A DNA stretch of 64,000 bases from a virus (taxonomy: Duplodnaviria > Caudoviricetes): the IMG/VR virus record IMGVR_UViG_3300014204_000112, positions 128,001-192,000 of that record. One strand, written 5' to 3'. Below are positions 56,735-64,000 of the stretch, piece after piece (position 1 is the stretch's first letter; the number at the start of each line of letters is the position of its first letter). The translations under genes were made by a program, and so were the position numbers. A model generated the notes under the pieces. That model was not told the DNA's origin. It saw only the letters and a program-made list of their open reading frames with translations, and did no database searches.

Positions 56735-57271
56735 TCACGGTGTTAAAATGTCATCATCTTCTACTAGGTCTTCTGCATTTACCCATCCTCGAGCTGTTAA
56801 AAATGGGTGATTTTTTGTACATTTTAATACTTTACCAGATTCTAATTCAATTTCAATTTCTTCTGTTGTTATATTTCCTATTCTTGGAGAATGACCAATA
56901 GCCTCAATAAAAGTATTTGAAACTTCATCAAACGCTATTACTTGTAATGATTCATTTGGAAATTTTTTAAACCACTCGCCTACTGTTATATAAGTTCCAT
57001 CAGCTAATAAAATTTCTGTATTTGGATCCAAACAGTCACCGTGATGATAGTGAGCGTCAGCAGCTATCTTGCCGCCAAGCTGGAAGATCTTCAATGGCTT
57101 TTCGTTGCCAGTCTTCCAAACCTTGTCAGCAATGAATATGATCTTGCGTTGGGTTGGCTTGAACCCGTCTATGACGGACGGGATCGCTCGATTCTCAAGG
57201 GTGTACATCCCGTAAAGGGAATAGTCCTCATCGAGGTATTGCGTTACAGTTTTCTGTTTGGGTTGCATCAT
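56735..57271 (-). CDS. N-terminal 79 aa of the GyrA/gp52-like subunit plus N-intein (99 aa)
   Basis: RAIPSVIDGFKPTQRK, YHHGD|CLDPNTEI, CTKNHPFLT..GW..A.DL. Confidence 0.92.
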   Translation of the reverse strand: MMQPKQKTVTQYLDEDYSLYGMYTLENRAIPSVIDGFKPTQRKIIFIADKVWKTGNEKPLKIFQLGGKIAADAHYHHGDCLDPNTEILLADGTYITVGEWFKKFPNESLQVIAFDEVSNTFIEAIGHSPRIGNITTEEIEIELESGKVLKCTKNHPFLTARGWVNAEDLVEDDDILTP

Positions 57272-57562
57272 CTTAGTTTGGTGAAATTTGTGTCATCCAT
57301 ATCATGGTGCCTTCTGGCAAGTCACTGTTCGTGTCATTGACTCCATCCGTTATTGGGTAGATATGGATCTGCTCATCTTTTTTGAAGACTATGACTTTCT
57401 TAGCATCATCGTCGAGCTTAATGTCTCCTTTTATATCAACGACAATCCCTTCGGTTTCTTTTAACAAGCATGAAAGAGCTGCTGCGAATACTAAACATGA
57501 GTTCAGCCAATCCTTTGGAGAGTCCTCATGGTTCGGATCCTGTGGTTTGGTATAGTTCGCCA

Positions 57563-57856
57563 TTAGATGGAAGTTTTTGCTTTTACCCCGCCGCCGAACA
57601 GGATTCCGGAACCTAGAACGAATCCAAAATCGTACCAGCCGCCGTTGTTATTCTTTGCGTACATGTCGATGTTGTCGCTTAACAAGCTCCCGATAAAACT
57701 GATCGGAGCGATCATTCCGTGCCACAAGCCTCCCCAGAAACCGTACGGCGTGTCGGTCACGCATGCTTCCACATGGGTAACGTCAGCACAACCAGTTAAG
57801 AATAAGAAGGCGACTATCACGAAGAGCGCCAAGTACTTCACATTTACGTTTTTCAT
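57563..57856 (-). CDS. lipoprotein/membrane protein
   Basis: LTGC lipobox, GFWGGLWHG, YDFGF. Confidence 0.7.
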   Translation of the reverse strand: MKNVNVKYLALFVIVAFLFLTGCADVTHVEACVTDTPYGFWGGLWHGMIAPISFIGSLLSDNIDMYAKNNNGGWYDFGFVLGSGILFGGGVKAKTSI

Positions 57857-57923
57857 TTGCATGTATGTTAGGTAGCTATAATACCACGAAATTGAGTATA
57901 ATATCCATAGAAATTCACACACC

Positions 57924-58448
57924 ATGAACTTTTTCAAAGTAGGATCGGCAGTTTTAATAGTAGCTTTAGCATTGGTTCTCAACGCTCAGCACTTCGTGAG
58001 CTACGAACCGATTGCAAAGTTCAGTTCGCCTTCGATTTCTAAGGTTTACACAGACAAGAAAGCTAATAACTTGGACGAGGCTATTAAAATGGCTTTGAAG
58101 ATCACCACTAATCAGTTGACCTTCAAGCTGAAAAGCTCAGGAAATAGCGACGTGAATTACTTGGTGAAGTCCGGCCAAGCTCACTGTGTTGGATATGCCA
58201 ACTTTTACAATGCAATGCTGAAATCTATCTTGATCAACAGCAACATAAAGGATTGCAAGATTTACAGGGTAAGAGCCACGGTGATATTTGCAGGAATAGA
58301 TTTGACTTCAATATCAGACGATCCTAGCTTCAAGGACCATGACATTAGCATGGTAATCGATTACAAGAATAACGTCAAGTACTTGATAGATCCTAGCTTA
58401 TCCGAAGTGATGGGAAGTATTATTCAGCAGTCTTCTGTACTGGAGTAA
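57924..58448 (+). CDS. secreted transglutaminase-like protein
   Basis: Signal peptide, AHCVGYA, HD, IDPS triad pattern. Confidence 0.55.
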   Translation: MNFFKVGSAVLIVALALVLNAQHFVSYEPIAKFSSPSISKVYTDKKANNLDEAIKMALKITTNQLTFKLKSSGNSDVNYLVKSGQAHCVGYANFYNAMLKSILINSNIKDCKIYRVRATVIFAGIDLTSISDDPSFKDHDISMVIDYKNNVKYLIDPSLSEVMGSIIQQSSVLE

Positions 58449-58480
58449 CTGGATTCTGAGCCGGAGCGTTCAGAACGAAG

Positions 58481-59668
58481 TCAATAGGATAACCTTTGTA
58501 TCCCCAACAATTCCCTCAACGAGATTGTCTTTCTTATCAAGCTGTACAGGGTTGCTTCTCCAGCAGTCCATAACTTGAAGGCTTGAGCTATTCCCTTGAA
58601 CACATCAGCTTTCGTTTGATCTCCTTCGACCACGTTCATGTCGTAGTTGTCATGAACCGTTATCGCATTTCCAGTTTTCTTTATTCCGCCAGGAGAAATT
58701 GCTCCAAGAGTGTACATGAATTGGCCTGCTAAGTTTGGAGCGGTAATCGGCTGACCAGTCGGTGCTTGCTTCAGTTTAGCAGTTTCGTTCTGTATTCCTT
58801 GCGTTGTGATAGCAGTTGGAAGACCGGCTGCTCCAATCGATTTCCACATAGGATAGTCGAATCCCTTCTGCCCATACTTAGTAGCAACATCATAGAGATA
58901 TTTCTGTTCCTCTGGTGTGAGCTCGTCACTGTGCATGGGCGTTTTTCTTCCGCCTAAGTAGTATATCATTGCCCGAATATGTAGTGGCAGAGTCTTCATG
59001 GATCCCTTTATGAACTTGGAGAACCATGAACCGTGTTCGGTTGCTGCGCTTACTTCAGGCTCTGTGATCTTTACTGAATTCGTTTGGTTTGCTTTTGCTA
59101 GGTCAGGTCGAATCTCTTTCATTATTGATTCGATTCTCTGTTTTTCCATTGCCATCTTATTCGCATAAGGTTCGACTTGGTCCATTGATGCAACCTGAGG
59201 TTTTGGAGTCAAGTCTAGAGGTTTGGCTACTGGTTGATTGCCAGTTGCTTTTGGAGCAGTAGATTGATTGGTCAATTTTGGATCGTTCAATGGATCGTAC
59301 CATGGACTTTTCGGATTTGAGAGGTCCTTATCAGTCGGTGGTTTTACAGTCTTACTAGCAGCTTGCCTCTTGGCAGAAGACATAGGCTGAACTCCGAGTT
59401 TTGGAGCAGTAAGAGGTCCGACGAATCCAGTCTGTTGAATTCCATTGTCAGCTTGAAATTTTCTGATCGCAGCTTTGGTGTTCTCGCCGTAAAGACCATC
59501 AACTCCATCCTTATTGGGACCGGATGTTCCGAGTAAGCTGGCGTATTCACCGCCCTTTGCTTTTAGAGCAGCTTGAACCGCCCTTACTGTTTCGTCTGCC
59601 GCCTCGGAAACGAGACCTTCGTTGATACGGTTATGCTGGTCGAATGATAGGGTGTACTTTAGCTTCAT
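58481..59668 (-). CDS. peptidoglycan-binding-domain protein
   Basis: VQAAL...DGLYGENTKAAIRKFQ...TGFVGPLT. Confidence 0.75.
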   Translation of the reverse strand: MKLKYTLSFDQHNRINEGLVSEAADETVRAVQAALKAKGGEYASLLGTSGPNKDGVDGLYGENTKAAIRKFQADNGIQQTGFVGPLTAPKLGVQPMSSAKRQAASKTVKPPTDKDLSNPKSPWYDPLNDPKLTNQSTAPKATGNQPVAKPLDLTPKPQVASMDQVEPYANKMAMEKQRIESIMKEIRPDLAKANQTNSVKITEPEVSAATEHGSWFSKFIKGSMKTLPLHIRAMIYYLGGRKTPMHSDELTPEEQKYLYDVATKYGQKGFDYPMWKSIGAAGLPTAITTQGIQNETAKLKQAPTGQPITAPNLAGQFMYTLGAISPGGIKKTGNAITVHDNYDMNVVEGDQTKADVFKGIAQAFKLWTAGEATLYSLIRKTISLRELLGIQRLSY

Positions 59669-60856
59669 GCTACGATGCGAACTTTTGTTTATTTATTCGC
59701 TCGCTTCTCCTTTAATATGGCCTTTGCTAATCGATGAGCAATGACGGCAGTCACTTCGAATTCTCTAGCTTTCTTTTCTTCCTTCACCCTGTCATTGTAG
59801 GCTTTCCCCATGTGGTGTCCAATCTCATGAGCGAAGAACTCCAAACGCTGTTCCATCGTTACCTTGGAATTGGCCCAGTATCGGATGACTACTTTCTTTC
59901 CGTTGTTAGTGTATCCCCAAACGTTCGATTTACGACATCTGCTTATGTACTCTTCGAACATTATCCTTTCCATTTTGGATCTCAACGATCCGGATTTGAT
60001 CATTGTCATTTCTGACTTTGGCATGAGGCCAGTCAAAGGCCCTGCCCTTTTAATACGAAAGGCGCTCTACGAGTGCCTCAAGATCATCATATTTCACCAG
60101 TACCGGTGTCATCGCGTCCAATATATGTTACCATCTACGAGTATCTGCGTCACATCCAGGTCCTTCTTAATCCTTGCAGCATACGCTTCCGGTTTCTTTA
60201 CCTTCTTGTACGCTCTCTTCTTACCGCTCTTGTAAATTGCGGTGACTGTTGATCCGCCTGGAATCAAGCTGAGTTCGTTGGTCCTGAATTTATCCGCTAC
60301 TACTAAAGTCTTTGCCATGATTAGAAATTAGTATCGCAACGTGAGATCGAGTCAGACGGAGTGTAATCCACGCTAGGTGTATAATCAACGGCTGGACTCG
60401 AATAGTAGGATGGGGTAGGATCTGGCGTGATGTCAACATGTGAAGGGCTTTCCATAGCTTCATGCATCATTGCACCGACAACAGCACCGCTCATGTCCGG
60501 TCCTATTGGAACTCCCGTTGCTAGGCCAATTGCCATTGATGTATTGAAATCAGACGACCTTTGGTCTTCTTCCCTTCTACGTCTTTCCGTGTCTGCTGTG
60601 TCTGCTTTCATACGATTGTATTCGGATGCAGAATAAGGTTGAATAGGTTGAGGTTTGTACTCTGAACGATCTCTCCCAACGCGAATGTCCTGATGAACTC
60701 TTGGTTGAGGAGCCGGTTCTATATCAGGTCTCGGAGTGTTCGTTTCGGGTTTTACTCGAACTTTCGAGCGATTGTTATGTCTTACGATTAACCAGCCACC
60801 GCAGACTACGACGAAAAGACCGATAAGAATGATTGCGATTGGGTCCATAGTTGTTC

Positions 60857-61432
60857 TTAATTTTTAGGGTAATACAAATCAATGACTGAAGTATTCAGTA
60901 TTTTTATCGCTTCTCTCAGTTCCTTTCTGGAAAATCCAGTGAGGTGAGGACATTTAATGAAGTGTTCCCGTTGATTGTAAAGCATATCAGAGTCATCGTC
61001 CAGAATAATGTAGTTCTGGATCTGGCTCTTATCGAGGTATTCTTGCTGCCTCTCCTTTGACCAGTTAATTCTCTGGAAATCGTGGTCGTCTAACCATTTG
61101 TCAATCTCACAACCCCTCGGAACTGTGTATCCGGATTCCTTGCCAGAAATATGCATGCTTGGAGTTCGGTCAATAACCTCGCCAGTTATTCCTACTTGAG
61201 AAAAAAGAAGTTTCAATTGATCAACGTCTCTACCGTGTCTCCAAGTGGAACTCACTACGATTTTCGCTCCAGTCAGATCAGTAAGACGATTCAATCTCTT
61301 TACTGCATCAGGATCGAATTCATAGAATGGATACTGTGCGGCAATGTCGTCCATTTTAACTTCGGTCGATCGCCGCACGTACCAATCATTAGAGTTCAAG
61401 ACTCCGTCTATGTCGAGGAATACTATTTTCAT
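60857..61432 (-). CDS. HAD domain of the 'Swiss Army Knife' RNA-repair type
   Basis: FLDIDGVLNS, IVVSSTWR, RGCEI, ILDDDSDM. Confidence 0.8.
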   Translation of the reverse strand: MKIVFLDIDGVLNSNDWYVRRSTEVKMDDIAAQYPFYEFDPDAVKRLNRLTDLTGAKIVVSSTWRHGRDVDQLKLLFSQVGITGEVIDRTPSMHISGKESGYTVPRGCEIDKWLDDHDFQRINWSKERQQEYLDKSQIQNYIILDDDSDMLYNQREHFIKCPHLTGFSRKELREAIKILNTSVIDLYYPKN

Positions 61433-61877
61433 TTTATGTTGAGCGGCTTTGCCGGAACGCAACGAACTTTGATCTCTTTCTGCTTGTCCTTAGGATCAGA
61501 ATTACATGTGCTCCATTGGTTGCAACTTTCGTCGTGAACCTTTACCTTTTCGTGAGGCATCGAATGCGGACAGACTCCGCACAGGTTTCCCAACTTACCG
61601 GCTTTATTACAGATGTACAGTTTCATCGTTCTCGTTATTTACAATTGTTTCAGGTAAACGAACTGGGCCTTTGTCAGATACGATTTGAGCAGTTGGCATA
61701 GGAATCCCTTTCTTATCGAAAGCTTCCTTAACGTTCTGGAAAATGCCTTTCATTACTTTATTCCATTCCTCATTATTCTTCTTGTCGCCAGGAATGTACG
61801 GCATTATGTCCATCCCGATCGTTTTAGCTGCAACGTGTTTTGCTCTTGGCAATAACGGCTTATCCAGTTCTTCCATG

Positions 61878-62423
61878 TTACCTACTTCTTTGTTTCGAGC
61901 GCAAAGGAACTTTGTTCGCAATGTGCCAAAAGGCAACGTTTGCAATTCTCTGTTCTTCGGTCAAGCGAGCGCTCATCTTCTTGTAGAAATCGCTCTGAAG
62001 CCAGTCAGGGTATTCCATGTTGCCACGAGTCTTGTTGCATTTCCTGCAAGCACAGAGCAAATTATTGACAACGCTGTCGCCCATCATTTCCCACCGTACG
62101 ACATGGTCGACGGTCAATGGAACGTCATTAGCTCCACAGTACCTGCAAGCATATCCATCCCTACGGTAAACTGCCCATGAAACTCCTTGTTCGATGTTGC
62201 GTTGGGACTTACGAAGAACGACCTTGTGAAGACTGGTTATCTGTAAGGTGTCCAACTGATTAAAGATCTCTTGCAAGTCTTCAACTGAAGGAAACAGAGT
62301 TTCGGTATGACAGTCCATCCGTTCTTCTGGGAATACTAGAATTTCCTTGTAGTTTGCATTGCCTACTATGATACCAGCAATCGTGTACTCGTTGCCGTAC
62401 TTTTCTAATTTTTCCTGGTTCAT
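61878..62423 (-). CDS. HNH endonuclease
   Basis: RDGYACRYCG, LTVDHV, NLLCACRKCN. Confidence 0.85.
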   Translation of the reverse strand: MNQEKLEKYGNEYTIAGIIVGNANYKEILVFPEERMDCHTETLFPSVEDLQEIFNQLDTLQITSLHKVVLRKSQRNIEQGVSWAVYRRDGYACRYCGANDVPLTVDHVVRWEMMGDSVVNNLLCACRKCNKTRGNMEYPDWLQSDFYKKMSARLTEEQRIANVAFWHIANKVPLRSKQRSR

Positions 62424-62782
62424 GCTGTTATTATTTCTGGTACGTATTCCATGAATGCTTCAACGTAATTGATGTCCTCTCCTCTGCTTGCTCTAACCAT
62501 TCCTTTTTCCCATGGAGTCATTGATTCGAACGGTTCGTGAATATCCCAGTACAATTTCTCAAGTTTTTGAGCTATTTCGTATGGGATTCCCTTTGTTACC
62601 AAGTTCTGGGCAACTTCGCCAAAGAAATTGTTGGTATTGCAACAGTTACACAGAAAATGTTGACGAAATTCTCCATCGAACATGAATCCTAAGTTACTAG
62701 GTTCGTTTCTGTGTTCTGTTATTTTTCCGCAAGCATTGCAATGTATTAAGTATGTCTTACTCATTTTCGTAATTTTTACCTA

Positions 62783-64000
62783 TTATACCGATTTCGCAAG
62801 GAGTTTTTCCTTTCTTGCGCTTGGATCCGGACCAAACCAATCGATCAAGCTCTTTGCTGAATGCTCGTCATTGACCAGTTTTACCAGAACGGGCTTGTGA
62901 ATGATGTCCTTGTACTCTTCGTTCTCGAGAGCTGCAAGGCCCTTCTTGTACTCGATGTCCCAAGCCTTTGCTTTGTTCTTGCGTTCCCATGCAACGAATT
63001 CCTCGTCCGAATAGAAGAGAATGGTTTCCTTGCCCTTCTTTGCAACGACTAACGGAGTCATGACCTTGAAGACTCGACCTTGATTGATGAGGTCCGGCCA
63101 GTACTTGTTGAAGAAGTTTATGACCGAAGCAGAGATGTGGTCTCCGTCGGGATCTGCATCCGTGTACAGATAAATTTTTCCGTACCTTAGGGCGCTTGGG
63201 TACTCACCGAATTTTATTCCTAATGAAGCCATCAACTGGACGGCCTCATCATTCTTGATCACCTCGGTATTGGTCATTTCACTTACGTTGATGAACTTAC
63301 CACGTAATGGGAATGCTCCGAACTGTTGAGGATCCCTGAACTTACGAACGGCAGATACGGCTGAGTTTCCCTCGAATATTCCGAGCACGCAACGTTGACG
63401 ATCGCGACCCTTTGCATCAATGAGCTTCAGCACTTTAGCCGTTCCCAATGATTTGTTCAGCTTACGAAGTTCAGTACGTTCTTCCGCTGCTTTCTTCTGT
63501 TCGATCCAATCCAATAGTGACTGAACTACTGCAGATTCGAAAAGAGCTTTATTGAATTTGTCAGAAACTTTGTGAGTAGTTCCGAAGTCCTTAGGTTCCG
63601 TGATGAGACGAGTTTTTGTCTGGGAATCGAATGCCGGGTTTACGATCGTGCAATTCATGAACAGGAACATGTGCGCTCTGATTTCAGCAGGCTTCGCTTC
63701 GACCTTGTGTTTCTTCTTGATCATTGCTCGAATCGCTTCGACCGCTTGGTACAGAATGAAGTTCTCGTGAGTTCCGCCCTCTTTTGTTTCGATAGAATTG
63801 ACGAACGTAACGGATTGAAAACCATCCTTTGATACGCCAATTGCGATTTCCCAGTCCTTCGACTTTTCCCATACGCTGTCCTTAACGTAGGTGTCAACGT
63901 ATTCCTTGAAGGTCTTGAACTTGAATTTCTCCTTGTTGAACTCCAGCTTGAGTCCTGGATTGGAAGCGGCAATGTCAATCACGCGTTTGCGCATCATCTT
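62783..64000 (-). CDS. type II topoisomerase GyrB/gp39-60-like subunit (5' part beyond the window)
   Basis: GGTH, FDSQTK, EGNSA, PLRGKFIN, TDADPDGDHI, YKKGL. Confidence 0.92.
   Translation of the reverse strand, partial: KMMRKRVIDIAASNPGLKLEFNKEKFKFKTFKEYVDTYVKDSVWEKSKDWEIAIGVSKDGFQSVTFVNSIETKEGGTHENFILYQAVEAIRAMIKKKHKVEAKPAEIRAHMFLFMNCTIVNPAFDSQTKTRLITEPKDFGTTHKVSDKFNKALFESAVVQSLLDWIEQKKAAEERTELRKLNKSLGTAKVLKLIDAKGRDRQRCVLGIFEGNSAVSAVRKFRDPQQFGAFPLRGKFINVSEMTNTEVIKNDEAVQLMASLGIKFGEYPSALRYGKIYLYTDADPDGDHISASVINFFNKYWPDLINQGRVFKVMTPLVVAKKGKETILFYSDEEFVAWERKNKAKAWDIEYKKGLAALENEEYKDIIHKPVLVKLVNDEHSAKSLIDWFGPDPSARKEKLLAKSV

Noticed and set aside
58420-58510. Alternative C-terminus (..GYKGYPIDFVLNAP..) of the peptidoglycan-binding protein as regulated recoding
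   Set aside because: Best explained by one extra G in a GGGG run (error or mutation); no supporting signal.
1-64000. Genome-wide stop-codon reassignment (code 4, 15 or 25)
   Set aside because: Long conserved genes are intact under code 11, and TGA and TAG both end genes with tight overlaps. In-frame stops are confined to a few genes.
1-64000. CRISPR array
   Set aside because: No regularly spaced identical repeats; the recurring motifs are tRNA arms and the Y-like stem.

Overview
This window is a segment of a very large tailed-phage (jumbo/huge phage) genome, almost entirely coded on the - strand. T4-like traits include TATAAATA late promoters, two-subunit type II topoisomerase genes and a gp21-like paralog. 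Bacteroidota-style lipoproteins weakly hint at the host. The centre (about 6.5-31.5 kb) is a translation and RNA-repair island. It holds 40 recognisable tRNA genes: 38 in a 15.5-kb array covering all 20 amino acids, plus an initiator-like tRNA and an amber-suppressor (CUA) tRNA. Fourteen free-standing endonuclease genes are interleaved with the array. The island also has a TROVE/Ro60 gene, ten copies of a covarying Y-RNA-like stem joined to tRNA modules in different circular permutations, a candidate miniature RNase P RNA, and a short RF1-type release factor with two in-frame TGA codons. The array is headed by an apparent ribosome-controlled attenuator whose 41-codon leader uses all 20 amino acids and almost never repeats a codon, which suggests a general sensor of tRNA shortage. 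The right half carries a NARP1-like NAD+ reconstitution pair, glycan-modification genes, class II RNR, an amidase, Prs, an Acb1/57B-like 2H phosphoesterase, and a topoisomerase subunit split by a split intein around a free-standing endonuclease. A few apparent single-base indels in homopolymers may be assembly errors. All calls were made by eye; no searches were run.
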